Shown: piece by piece, positions 11,885 to 23,511 of the stretch | How positions within the stretch are numbered: the stretch's first letter is position 1 | How the letters are laid out: every line of letters starts with the position of its first letter | From: Thermodesulfobacteriota bacterium | Lineage (GTDB): Bacteria; Desulfobacterota_D; UBA1144; Nemesobacterales; UBA2774 | NCBI GenBank assembly: GCA_963422265.1 | Contig: OY729416.1 | Location: forward strand, 1,192,196 to 1,256,195 | DNA: 64,000 nucleotides | Direction: 5' to 3' | Translations under genes and position numbers: made by a program | The notes under the pieces: generated by a model | Told to the model about the DNA's origin: nothing | The model's database searches: none | The model's input: the letters and a program-made list of their open reading frames with translations, nothing else

Positions 11885-12469
11885 TTATAGCTCCGTTGAC
11901 CCCTTAGGACTATTAAACTTAACGAACGTCTCTTCAAACCCGCTAGTCCGATTTTGCCCCCTGGCTAGGATAAATAAAAGATCTGAGAGGCGATTTAAGT
12001 ACACGGGAACATTACTGCTAACGCCCTCTCCTTTTTCTTCCACGAGTTCTACTACTTTTCTCTCGGCTCTCCTACATACAGTCCTTGCTAAATGGAGACA
12101 GGAACCTCCGGGAGTGCCGCTCGGAAGTATGAACTCTTTAAGAGGCTCAAGTTCTTCGAGGAATCTATCCATTATAGACTCAAGCCTTGTCACAGCTTCT
12201 TTGGTAATTCTAGGAACATTCACATCGGGAGGGCTTGCGAGATCCGCTCCAACGATGAATAGATCATTCTGAATTTGAGCTAATAAGTCATTAATCTCGC
12301 CATCATTAAGCAGAGACCGAGCCATCCCTAATACTGCATTTAACTCATCTACCTCACCGTAGGCATGCACCCTCAATGAAGCTTTGCTAACCCTTGAACC
12401 TCCAACGAGCGAGGTCTGTCCTTTATCGCCTGTTTTGGTATATACCTTAGTAATTCTCTTCTTTTCCAC
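11885..12469 (-). CDS. ATP:cob(I)alamin adenosyltransferase, PduO-type
   Basis: TKTGDKGQTSL...HAYGEVDELNA N-terminal signature of the PduO/MMAB family; 194 aa. Confidence 0.8.
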   Translation of the reverse strand: MEKKRITKVYTKTGDKGQTSLVGGSRVSKASLRVHAYGEVDELNAVLGMARSLLNDGEINDLLAQIQNDLFIVGADLASPPDVNVPRITKEAVTRLESIMDRFLEELEPLKEFILPSGTPGGSCLHLARTVCRRAERKVVELVEEKGEGVSSNVPVYLNRLSDLLFILARGQNRTSGFEETFVKFNSPKGSTEL

Positions 12470-12841
12470 TCTAAAATTCTAACCGAAGGGCAAATGTGGT
12501 TCAATTTTAAGAAAAGATGTAAGCGGGTCACGCCTTATTACAGTAAAGGCAAAGGACTAACTCAGGTAACGAGACATACAGCTCATTCTGAAAAAATCCA
12601 ATACTTTCAATTGATTCCAATCTAGATTCTACATAAAATTACGTAAAAAGGATACAACCAAATAATTGTTCATGCCTCAAAGTCTATATAAAACAGACGA
12701 AAGCTTGTTGGAAAAATGGCCATCGGGGCTATTGGAACTAAAAAAGTATTTGTAGATTTAGCCAAGCAGGGTCATAGCCCTATAGAATTAGAACGTGGAT
12801 CCACAGGTTTCAAAATATGAAAAACAAGAAAAATCAAACGT

Positions 12842-13417
12842 TTGAGAGTACCAGACATTCTATGCGTAAATTCTGGACTACGAGTAGAATCCAGAGCAAA
12901 AACTAGTATGACCATTTCTATATCACACTCAGAAGTAAGCCCTACACGTGGATGGAATTATGGATTAACAGATGATGATTACACGGCATTAGTTTTCTGT
13001 AGTCGCACCGGAGAAAAACCAATTGACTGGCAAGCCGACAACCTAGTTCAATATATAAAAGTATCTGATCTAAGAACCGCGTATAAAAGCAACAGAGTAA
13101 TAATAGAAAAGCCAAAAGGGTCTCAAGAAGGTTTTGAAACTAGGATTACATGGACTTACGCTGTAGCCAGCAGTGATGGCAAAGTTACTAATATAGATAA
13201 AAACAGAATACAATTTAGAAGAAAGACAGATAGCAGAATCATCACATTGCAATTGACAAGGAATTCTATTCACATAGAACCAATTGTTACAATTGGTGAA
13301 AACATACAGAAAAACAAAATTCTGACATCAGTTACTAAAGTAAGTTTAGCCGTTCCTATTAAAAGTATTGGGCGAATCTTTCTATGTGTACCTGTTCAAC
13401 AGCAATTCTGCAGATAG
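12842..13417 (+). CDS. Hypothetical protein; the same reading frame is open from an ATG at 12716 except for one in-frame TGA at 12818-12820
   Basis: 191-aa ORF with no recognisable domain; the frame continuity with 12716-12817 was read directly from the sequence. Confidence 0.4.
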   Translation: MRVPDILCVNSGLRVESRAKTSMTISISHSEVSPTRGWNYGLTDDDYTALVFCSRTGEKPIDWQADNLVQYIKVSDLRTAYKSNRVIIEKPKGSQEGFETRITWTYAVASSDGKVTNIDKNRIQFRRKTDSRIITLQLTRNSIHIEPIVTIGENIQKNKILTSVTKVSLAVPIKSIGRIFLCVPVQQQFCR

Positions 13418-14140
13418 GTACACAGCAGCAAAAGCACTATCCTTTTCTCAATTAACAGAACACACGAAGGATATTCTAGTTGACAGAATCAAAGATGAGA
13501 GTGAATACATATACGTCCGCCTAGAAGTTGCTTCTACTCTCGCAAGATTAGGGCTAAAAGAGGGTTTCACATATATAGAAAAGATATTACAAAACGACTA
13601 TCTAGCATATAAACTTGAAGCGATTATTATCCTAGGATAAATAAAAGAAAAAAGGTCCGCTGAATTACTTATATCCATATTAAATGATTCAAAGGAACAT
13701 CCCGACATTCGTGGAGGAGAGCCGCGTGGTCCCTTGGCAAACTCAATCAGAAACACACTGTAAAAGCACTAGTAACCGCATTTAATTCAAGACATAACAA
13801 AGTTCAAATTGAAGATGCTAGAGCATTATCCCGATTACACGATAATTACACACCTAATGTGCTTGGTTATTTTGCCAACACATCTGAAACTGAAAGACCT
13901 GGTATTTCTTGGGCTCTTAGCAAAACGGAAAATGGAGGCTAGACGACTTGTTAAAACACACTCCTCCTGATGATTTTGATGCTAGGCAATGGGCGGCATA
14001 TATAATTGGAACAAATGACCAAAAAAAAGTTATGAATGAGATAGAAAAGATAAAAAGCCACGACCCAGAATTATACTTTGCCGTCACGCTACTATGGAGA
14101 ATTTTATCAAGTTGTATCTATGGGCTAGAGCAGTATTGAT
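13368..14140 (+). pseudogene. HEAT/PBS-lyase-like repeat protein, disrupted by frameshifts
   Basis: Repeated [L..LL..L.D....VR..AA.ALG] units (DIRGG...A-SLGKL, VASTLARLGLKEG) are spread over at least three reading frames. Confidence 0.45.
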
Positions 14141-14162
14141 CTATTGAGATAGCATAAAATTA

Positions 14163-14953
14163 TTGTACAAAACCAAATTCGGTAAAGCCTTTGTCGGTGA
14201 TTTTCTTCTATTAATGAAAGAATTAGAATCCGTAGATTTAGTCATAACTTCACCGCCATTCGCACTTCAAAAAAAAAGAATATGGGAATAAGGATCAAAA
14301 TGTTTATGTAGAGTGGCTACTAGTCTATTGTAAAGAAATAAAAAGGATTTTGAAAAAGACAGGAAGTTTAGTAATTGATTTATAGGGGGGGGGCGTATAA
14401 AAAAAGAGACCAGTTCGTTCTCTGTACAATTTCAGAGTGCTAATCAGGATGTGTGATGAGTGTGGATTCAATCTTGCAGAAGAATTTTATTGGTACAATC
14501 TAGCTAAGTATTACAAGCCGAGAAAAAGACCATCCGGACACGACATTTCAAAAGGCTTCTATAACGGCGGTAAGGGAGCAATTCCATCTAATTTACTTCA
14601 AATTCCAAATACAGAAAGCAATACAAAATACTTAAAATTGTGCGAAGAATTTAATGCAAAGAAACATCCTGCGCGCTTTCCTATTGAATTGCCTGAATTG
14701 CCAACTTTTTTTATAGATTTCTTGACAGATCCTGGCGATCTAATTCTTGATGTATTTGCAGGCTCTAATACCACTGGACAGGCATTTGAGTTAAAAAAAG
14801 AATTGGATTGCATGTGAGTTGGATTACGAATACTTAGCATCATCTGCCCTAAGATTGTTTCATGAGCCTATCACAAAACACCATAAGAACATTTTCCTAA
14901 GACTATTAGATAAAAAAGCTGGATTTACCAGACCTTGCAAATTATCATTTTGA
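14163..14953 (+). pseudogene. Beta-class DNA methyltransferase (SPPF motif, probably N4-cytosine) with three or more frameshifts, all in homopolymer tracts
   Basis: Motif IV DLVITSPPF near the N-terminus, then RPVRSLYNFRVLIRMCDECGF, HPARFP, motif I DVFAGSNTTG and C-terminal KNWIACELDYEY, in four different frames. Frame changes fall at A9 (14271-14279), G9/A7 (14385-14405) and A7 (14796-14802). Confidence 0.7.
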
Positions 14954-15088
14954 AAATGAAGTTGATCAAAAGAAATTATATTTTACGTAGATTATTTCTC
15001 ATTAAATCTTATAGGCAGCAGAATATTATACGCCTCACCATAAGGATTTCTACCAACTTGTAAATGGAACAGTTTTAGGGAAAGAACA

Positions 15089-15877
15089 TCAACCCCTGAG
15101 AAAATCTAGAACCAAGTCGTCAACCTCTTGATGCTTCTCTCTCCAAAAACCATGACCTACGTCTTTGAATATCTTCAACTTAGAATCAGGAATTAATTCG
15201 CAAAGCTCATAAGAGCGTTTCGGCGACGCTATAAGATCGTTTTCTCCAGACATAACAAGCGTGGAAGCTTTTATTCTATTCAGCAAATCAGAGGTATTAT
15301 GCCCTTCACAGGCAAGGCTCTGACTTATGTATCCCTTTAACGCCTGAGGTTTCTCGGGAATAGAATCCGCCGCCGCCTTTATACTGCCGAGATTTCTTTC
15401 TATATACTCCCTAGTATATCCAAAATATAGAGCCATAAGCCACACCGTTTTCATACCTGCCTTTGAAGCTATCTCACGTCCAATCCTGAGAATTTCGTTA
15501 CCGACTTCATCCCTTGAAGCCGAGGAGCATCCCAACACAAGCTTTCGCACCTTGTCTGGATACTTAATCGCAAGCCACTGTCCTATCATGCCACCCATAG
15601 ACTTACCAACGATATGAGCGGACTCTAATCCTAACGAATCCATCAGACCCGCGGTATCATCAGCCATATCCTGCGTGGAAAATGGGGCACCTGGTTTATC
15701 AGACCTACCCGATCCACGGTTATCAAAAAGGACAACTTTGAAATGCTTTGAGTAAATAGGAACCTGAGACGCCCAGCTTTCCAACTGACTTCCAAGCCCG
15801 CTAATCAGAACTAAAGGAAATCCCTCGCCGTGGACCTCATAATTGAGTTTAAAGCCGTTCACGTTTGCGTAAGGCAT
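15089..15877 (-). CDS. Alpha/beta-fold hydrolase
   Basis: Nucleophile elbow GKSMGG and the catalytic-triad layout of an alpha/beta hydrolase; 262 aa. Confidence 0.8.
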   Translation of the reverse strand: MPYANVNGFKLNYEVHGEGFPLVLISGLGSQLESWASQVPIYSKHFKVVLFDNRGSGRSDKPGAPFSTQDMADDTAGLMDSLGLESAHIVGKSMGGMIGQWLAIKYPDKVRKLVLGCSSASRDEVGNEILRIGREIASKAGMKTVWLMALYFGYTREYIERNLGSIKAAADSIPEKPQALKGYISQSLACEGHNTSDLLNRIKASTLVMSGENDLIASPKRSYELCELIPDSKLKIFKDVGHGFWREKHQEVDDLVLDFLRG

Positions 15878-16239
15878 TCTGATTTAGCCCTCCTTGATCC
15901 TAGTTCTAAAGAACCAAAAGCTTTCAGGCATTCTCTGGCAGTCCTAAGTTCCTGTTCAGTGAAGAGATTATTACAAGGGTCCTTTAAGACTAGATCTTCC
16001 ACTGATAAATCAAGACTTCCTAACTCCCATAGCTTTGTAAGACCTTCGGGATACTTCGGTGAGTGAAGCAACCGTCTGGCTGTTTCCACACCACCATCTT
16101 TGTCAACCATCTGTTTGAAACGCGTAGGATTATATGATGGGCACTCGGAACGAGTCCTCCCGTAAAGGTCGAGCATTTCTTCGCGAAAAGCTGATTCTAT
16201 ATTTTCACTCACTTGCGCAAAAGTTACGTGAAATGGCAA
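15859..16239 (-). CDS. Hypothetical protein (126 aa), overlaps the hydrolase start by 19 bp
   Basis: ORF only; no recognisable domain; composition is protein-like. Confidence 0.4.
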   Translation of the reverse strand: MPFHVTFAQVSENIESAFREEMLDLYGRTRSECPSYNPTRFKQMVDKDGGVETARRLLHSPKYPEGLTKLWELGSLDLSVEDLVLKDPCNNLFTEQELRTARECLKAFGSLELGSRRAKSECLTQT

Positions 16240-16406
16240 TGAATTTCAAGGCTTCGCTAACAACCGTCACTCTTACAAGGCTATGTAAATACAGGGTTAT
16301 CGGCGTTTACTTTCATCTTAGCTGCACTCCCATTTCATGAGAATGATAGACACTAACGCATAGCACCCGACATGATAGCTTTACCCAAATTCCTATACCA
16401 AATATA

Positions 16407-16853
16407 TTAGGACGATTTCGACGACAAGTACTCCTGAAGTATGCAGACCGCCGCCATTCTATCTATTACTTTTTTTCTCTTTCTCCTACTCACGTCAGCT
16501 TTGAGAAGAACCGTTTCAGCGTTAACGGTGGAATAACTTTCGTCCCAAAACTTAATATCAAGCTGAATCTCCTCCTTTACAATCTCGGCGAACTCAAAAA
16601 TCCCTTGACCTCGTTTAGAGATGGAGCCATCTTGTCTCAAAGGAAGACCCACCAATATCTCTGAAGGCTTATATTGACCAACTATAATTTTTAGCTCTGA
16701 AAGATCGTTCTCGACGCCGGTCCTTCTAATAGTAGTTACGCCATTCGCCGCAATGCTAAGCTCATCGCTAACGGCAACGCCAATAGTTTTTGTTCCTACG
16801 TCAAGGGCTAAAGTGCGCACAGTCTCATTTCTCCATTGGGTAACGACTTTCAA
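16407..16853 (-). CDS. ruvX: Putative pre-16S rRNA nuclease / Holliday junction resolvase-like YqgF (RuvX)
   Basis: LALDVGTKTIGVAVSD N-terminal RNase H-like motif; 148 aa. Confidence 0.85.
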   Translation of the reverse strand: MKVVTQWRNETVRTLALDVGTKTIGVAVSDELSIAANGVTTIRRTGVENDLSELKIIVGQYKPSEILVGLPLRQDGSISKRGQGIFEFAEIVKEEIQLDIKFWDESYSTVNAETVLLKADVSRRKRKKVIDRMAAVCILQEYLSSKSS

Positions 16854-16946
16854 GTCATTACAGGTTTTATGCTCTTCTAACGTTCTATATTTCGTCCACT
16901 ATGAGCTAAGCTTGAGAAGAAGACCGATACTAAACTTAGATAAAGG

Positions 16947-17369
16947 TTATCTAGCTAATAACGCAGCCGAGACCACGGCAAACGCTACTCCCACAATTTC
17001 CCTAGCCCCTAGACGCTCGCCTAAAAATGTGAAAGCTAACAAAACCGTTACCGCAGGATAAACGGCTGACAGCGGGACAAGCAAAGAAAGCTTTGCGTAT
17101 TTAAGAGCCACTATGAAAAAAACTGTTCCAACTCCCCAGCTAAGACCCATTAGGATCGCCCAGTAATTTATGGACATGCTACTAAGCAAATTACTCAATA
17201 TAACGTTTCTGTTATACGTTACAAAAGCAACGAAAACCGTAAGCGTCCCAATACCTTCAAAAAAATATATCCTGTAGGGTATATCCTTAAAAGAGGCTAG
17301 CTTCCCGAAAAAACTGCCAAACGAGAAGAGTAGCGTTGCGAGCAAAGTCAGAAGGAACCATCTTTCCAC
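16947..17369 (-). CDS. EamA-like (DMT superfamily) small membrane transporter, single 4-TM EamA domain
   Basis: 140 aa with four hydrophobic helices and an EamA-type pattern. Confidence 0.7.
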   Translation of the reverse strand: MERWFLLTLLATLLFSFGSFFGKLASFKDIPYRIYFFEGIGTLTVFVAFVTYNRNVILSNLLSSMSINYWAILMGLSWGVGTVFFIVALKYAKLSLLVPLSAVYPAVTVLLAFTFLGERLGAREIVGVAFAVVSAALLAR

Positions 17370-17401
17370 CGTCTTTTCTCCTTAAATCCTGACTCGCGAA
17401 A

Positions 17402-18760
17402 TTAAAGGTCGTATCCTGCTTCACCGTGATCAGCAATATCAAGACCCTCGTATTCTCCTTCATCACTAACTCTAAGTCCTATAGAAAAATCTATAAGTTT
17501 GAGAATTACAAAAGATAACACTGCACAATACGCAATCACGAAGAGAGCTGAAAAGAGCTGAACACCTAACTGCTTGCCAATATCTAAATTTTCAACCGTT
17601 CCCCCTAAACTAACGGATGCAAAGAACGAAACCATTATTATTCCAACAAATCCACCTACCCCATGAACCCCTACAACGTCTAAGGCATCGTCATATTTGA
17701 GGCGATACTTAAGCCACGTAGCGGCCACGTAAGCAAGAAGCGCAGAGGTAAACCCGATGGCTAACGCTCCGATAGGCCCGACCGTGCCTGAAGCGGGCGT
17801 AATGGCTGCTAGCCCTGCAATAGCCCCCGTTGCGAATCCAAGAGCGCTGGGCTTCCCATTCCTTATCCATTCTATCGCTATCCATGTAAGAGCTGCGACG
17901 CACGGCGATATCTGGGTTACTACTAGCGCCATAGCAGCCTGTCCATTTGCGGCAAGCGCGCTTCCCCCGTTAAAGCCGAACCATCCAACCCACAGCATCG
18001 CGGTGCCGGTTAGAGTCATCGTCATATTGTGAGGGGGGGTAGGCACGGGGTAGCCACTCCTTTTACCTACGAGAACAGCTGCAATCAGAGCTGCGACGGC
18101 GGCGGTTATATGCACGACTATTCCACCGGCAAAATCAAAAACGCCCATGTCTCCGAGAAAGGACCCTTCCCCACCCCATATCATGTGAGCCACAGGAAAG
18201 TAAACCAAAATAACCCAGAGCGCAGTAAAACACAACATAGCCGAGAATTTCATTCTTTCGGCAAATGCGCCTACTATAAGGGCAGGCGTAATGATGGCGA
18301 AAGTAAGCTGAAACGCTATAAAAGTAAGCTCGGGAATTGTCCCCGACAGGCTGTCAGGCGTTACGCCACTTAAGAAAGCCTTAGAAAAACCACCGATGAA
18401 GGCTTGAATGTTTCTCTCTCCGGCTACCATGCCGGTAGTATCAAACGCAAGACTATAGCCAAAAACAATCCAAATTATAGTAACTATAGCAGTTATGGCG
18501 AAGCACTGCATGTATATGGATAGGACGTTCTTTCTAGCCACCAGACCGGCGTAGAACATAGCGAGTCCCGGTATCGTCATAAATAAAACCAGCGCTGTGG
18601 ATATTAATATCCAAGTCGTATCGCCAGAATCTAAACCATCCTGAGCTAATACTAACGTGGGAAACGAGAGAAGGAAAGTCAGTAATAGTAAAGTGAACCT
18701 GCTAAAGAATGGGATTAGAAATTTCATGTTTTTTACCTCTTTCTTAACTCTGTTTTGCAT
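17402..18760 (-). CDS. amtB: Ammonium transporter AmtB
   Basis: 452 aa; signal-peptide-like N-terminus; the Amt/MEP signature (DFAGG...H...GFNGG) with the twin-His pore. Confidence 0.92.
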   Translation of the reverse strand: MQNRVKKEVKNMKFLIPFFSRFTLLLLTFLLSFPTLVLAQDGLDSGDTTWILISTALVLFMTIPGLAMFYAGLVARKNVLSIYMQCFAITAIVTIIWIVFGYSLAFDTTGMVAGERNIQAFIGGFSKAFLSGVTPDSLSGTIPELTFIAFQLTFAIITPALIVGAFAERMKFSAMLCFTALWVILVYFPVAHMIWGGEGSFLGDMGVFDFAGGIVVHITAAVAALIAAVLVGKRSGYPVPTPPHNMTMTLTGTAMLWVGWFGFNGGSALAANGQAAMALVVTQISPCVAALTWIAIEWIRNGKPSALGFATGAIAGLAAITPASGTVGPIGALAIGFTSALLAYVAATWLKYRLKYDDALDVVGVHGVGGFVGIIMVSFFASVSLGGTVENLDIGKQLGVQLFSALFVIAYCAVLSFVILKLIDFSIGLRVSDEGEYEGLDIADHGEAGYDL

Positions 18761-18825
18761 TATTTCCTACATACAAATAACAACTGCGCGTCTTCTTAGC
18801 TTTAATTTTATAATATCCCTTACAC

Positions 18826-18839
18826 GCAACAATGATCCA
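18826..18839 (-). promoter_or_regulatory. Candidate sigma-54 (-24/-12) promoter for amtB
   Basis: Minus-strand TGGatcattgTTGC with exact GG-N10-GC spacing, about 65 nt upstream of the amtB start; sigma-54/NtrC control of amtB is common. Confidence 0.3.
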
Positions 18840-18862
18840 TAACAGAATAAAAACATACCCAA

Positions 18863-19864
18863 CTACCTTGTTAAATCCACCAGAACCCTTCCCTTATGTT
18901 TGCCTTGAAGAATGAGTTCTATATTCTCATCAAGCTCATCAAGACTTATTTCATTTGCAAGATTATCAAGCTGACTTATTTTCCACTCCTCCGCTATCTT
19001 ATTCCAAATACGTTCTCTAATATCCATAGGACAATTCTGCGAATCAATTCCTATGAGCTTTACGCCCCTTAAAATAAATGGATAGACGTTGAGAGGTAAA
19101 TTGGATGACGCTACGTTGCCACAGCACGTAACGACTCCCATGGGCTTGGTTGCCCTGATAGCCGTAGCGAGTATATCGCCCCCAACGGTATCAACAACTC
19201 CAGCCCACCTTCCTTTTAACAGAAGCCTCCCTGACTCATCCGTTGATTCCTGTCTGCTGATAACCTCCTTTGCCCCTAAATCATGGAGAAACTGCTTTTG
19301 ACTCGTCTTTCCGGTAGATGCGGCAACTTGAAAACCCAACTCGGCAAGCATCGCTACGGCGACGCTGCCGACCCCTCCAGTCGCTCCCGTAACAAGGATT
19401 TCGCCTTTATCAGGAGTAAGTCCATTATTCTCAAGCTCAAGCACACAATAAGCAGAGGTAAAACCCGCCGACCCATAAATCATACTTTCCCTGATTGAAA
19501 GATTAGTAGGAACTTTTATAACCCAATTGGCAGGCACCCTAATATATTCCCCAAACCCCCCTGAAGTGTTACAGCCAAGATCATAGGCATGCACTAAGAC
19601 TTCTTCTCCCACGCTAAAACCGGGAGACGTGCTCTCCGCTATCACGCCAGAGGCGTCAACGCCCGGCGTATGGGGATAGTTCCTCGTAACGCCTCTGTTT
19701 CCATGTGCCGAAAGAGCGTCTTTATAATTCAGGGAAGAATAAAGAACCTTTACCAATACGTCTCCAGGAGGGAGGTCCTCTATTGATCTTCGTTTTATAC
19801 TTCTCTCAAACTTGTTTTCCCCAACCTGCTCTACAACCATAGCCCTAAACATTTCTTCACTCAC
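18863..19864 (-). CDS. YhdH/AcuI-type NADPH:quinone oxidoreductase (MDR superfamily)
   Basis: MDR alcohol-dehydrogenase-like fold with a YhdH-type N-terminus (VLYSSLNYKDALS); 333 aa. Confidence 0.8.
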   Translation of the reverse strand: MSEEMFRAMVVEQVGENKFERSIKRRSIEDLPPGDVLVKVLYSSLNYKDALSAHGNRGVTRNYPHTPGVDASGVIAESTSPGFSVGEEVLVHAYDLGCNTSGGFGEYIRVPANWVIKVPTNLSIRESMIYGSAGFTSAYCVLELENNGLTPDKGEILVTGATGGVGSVAVAMLAELGFQVAASTGKTSQKQFLHDLGAKEVISRQESTDESGRLLLKGRWAGVVDTVGGDILATAIRATKPMGVVTCCGNVASSNLPLNVYPFILRGVKLIGIDSQNCPMDIRERIWNKIAEEWKISQLDNLANEISLDELDENIELILQGKHKGRVLVDLTR

Positions 19865-19881
19865 TAAGCTTCCTCCTTATA

Positions 19882-21789
<1,908 letters not shown>

Positions 21790-21907
21790 CTATTTCCTAA
21801 TACGCCACTTAAAATCACACAAGATTTATATTATAAGAGCTTTAATCAAAAAGAGCAATTGAAACCTGAGGTTGTAAAGAATAGTATAGACTAGTAAAAT
21901 AGACAGC

Positions 21908-22936
21908 ATGCTCCATATAACGCTAGGAATAGAAAGCTCTTGTGACGAAACCTCCGCAGCTATAATTGAAGATGCAAATAACGCTCTGTCAAACATAGTA
22001 GCCTCCCAAGCTGATATCCATAAGGAATATGGGGGCGTAGTGCCGGAAATAGCATCCAGAAAGCATGTTGAACTGATTCTACCCGTTGTAGATAAAGCCA
22101 TTAAAGATGCTCATCTGGCACCCGCGGACATAGATGGTATAGCCGTTACGAATGGTCCGGGATTGATTGGCTCCTTGATGATAGGTCTTTCAACTGCTAA
22201 GGCTCTCTCCTTTGGATGGGGAATACCATTCATAGGAGTGAATCACCTGCAAGCTCACTTGTCCGCCGTGCACCTAGAGCACGAAGTAGAATTCCCGTTT
22301 GTCGGGCTTGTAGTCTCAGGTGGACATACTAGCCTCTACATTGTAAAAGACCATACGGAATATGAGCTAATTGGGAAAACGAGGGACGACGCGGCGGGAG
22401 AAGCCTTTGATAAAGCAGCCAAGGTTTTAGGACTCAATTACCCTGGAGGCGCGGAGATTGACAGGCTTGCCAAAAAAGGAGATAGAGAGACAATACCTTT
22501 TCCCAGACCACTTAAAAACATCTCGACTTTTGATTTTAGCTTTAGCGGAATCAAGACCTCGCTCGTTTATTATCTTAGGAAAGCTTCAAAACTAAATGAA
22601 AGCCACTTAGCAGATATATGTGCTGGATACCAAGAAGCCATAGTTGAAACACTAGTTGACAAAACCTTAATGGCAGCAAAAGAGAACAACTTAAGTGGAG
22701 CCGTAATATCCGGGGGGGTCGCCTGCAACTCAAGGCTAAGGGAATTGGCAACCGAGAGGTTTCAAGAACAAGGGTTTTCACTACACATACCCTCGCCCGA
22801 ATACTGCACGGACAACGCCGCGATGATAGGAACCCTTGGGGCTTATATGCTTATGAGGGGAACTCATTCGGAACTAAGCCTAATTCCATTTTCAACTAAA
22901 CGCCCCAAGCACGCAAGAAGAAAAGATTGTAACTAA
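21908..22936 (+). CDS. tsaD: tRNA N6-adenosine threonylcarbamoyltransferase TsaD
   Basis: LGIESSCDETSAAI N-terminus and the HxxxH metal site; 342 aa. Confidence 0.93.
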   Translation: MLHITLGIESSCDETSAAIIEDANNALSNIVASQADIHKEYGGVVPEIASRKHVELILPVVDKAIKDAHLAPADIDGIAVTNGPGLIGSLMIGLSTAKALSFGWGIPFIGVNHLQAHLSAVHLEHEVEFPFVGLVVSGGHTSLYIVKDHTEYELIGKTRDDAAGEAFDKAAKVLGLNYPGGAEIDRLAKKGDRETIPFPRPLKNISTFDFSFSGIKTSLVYYLRKASKLNESHLADICAGYQEAIVETLVDKTLMAAKENNLSGAVISGGVACNSRLRELATERFQEQGFSLHIPSPEYCTDNAAMIGTLGAYMLMRGTHSELSLIPFSTKRPKHARRKDCN

Positions 22937-22947
22937 ACAATCATAAA

Positions 22948-23250
22948 TCAAACTTCGTAATCCACCACTGCTCTATCAGAGCGGATCTCACTTACGAAAT
23001 CTGCGACCTTAATGTGCTCAGGATGCGTCTGATAGGCGTCAAGCCCCTCTCTATCGTCAAATTCAGAGTATAAAACCACGTCAAACGCCGCTGGAGAAGA
23101 ATTAAAGTTTATTCCTACCTGAGCGGTTTTTAACTCCTCTATTTCATCCACAAGCGCCTCGAGAGATTGCTTCAGTTTCTTAGCGTTCTCAATTTTAGAC
23201 GCCCCTGCATCCTCGTCTTTAATTCTCCACATTACTATATGCTTAATCAT
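22948..23250 (-). CDS. Dabb-family stress-responsive alpha/beta-barrel protein
   Basis: 100 aa with a MIKHIVMWRIKD Dabb-like pattern. Confidence 0.65.
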   Translation of the reverse strand: MIKHIVMWRIKDEDAGASKIENAKKLKQSLEALVDEIEELKTAQVGINFNSSPAAFDVVLYSEFDDREGLDAYQTHPEHIKVADFVSEIRSDRAVVDYEV

Positions 23251-23511
23251 TAACCTCTCCTTATTAAACTTTGAGTTAAAAAAGTGATTTTAGACTAGAA
23301 GCGGGTAACTGTAAAGAGATATAAAAGCGGGAATAGTCGTGGTATATTTATGCCTCTGCGTAGAATACGCACCGGCAAGATACTCTAGAATCTAGAATTA
23401 ACATCACTTAAGTAGAAAATCCCTTGCCAGATGAATATTAGAAACAAAGATATATGTCCCCCTACGCTCTGAAGAGGGGCGAATAAACGCCCTGCAAAAG
23501 GAGAAAACGTC

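Noticed and set aside
12818-12820. In-frame TGA read as selenocysteine in the 12716-13417 ORF
   Set aside because: No stable SECIS-like hairpin lies within about 10-40 nt downstream of the TGA, and no selenoprotein family is recognisable. A nonsense mutation or a chance upstream open frame is more parsimonious.
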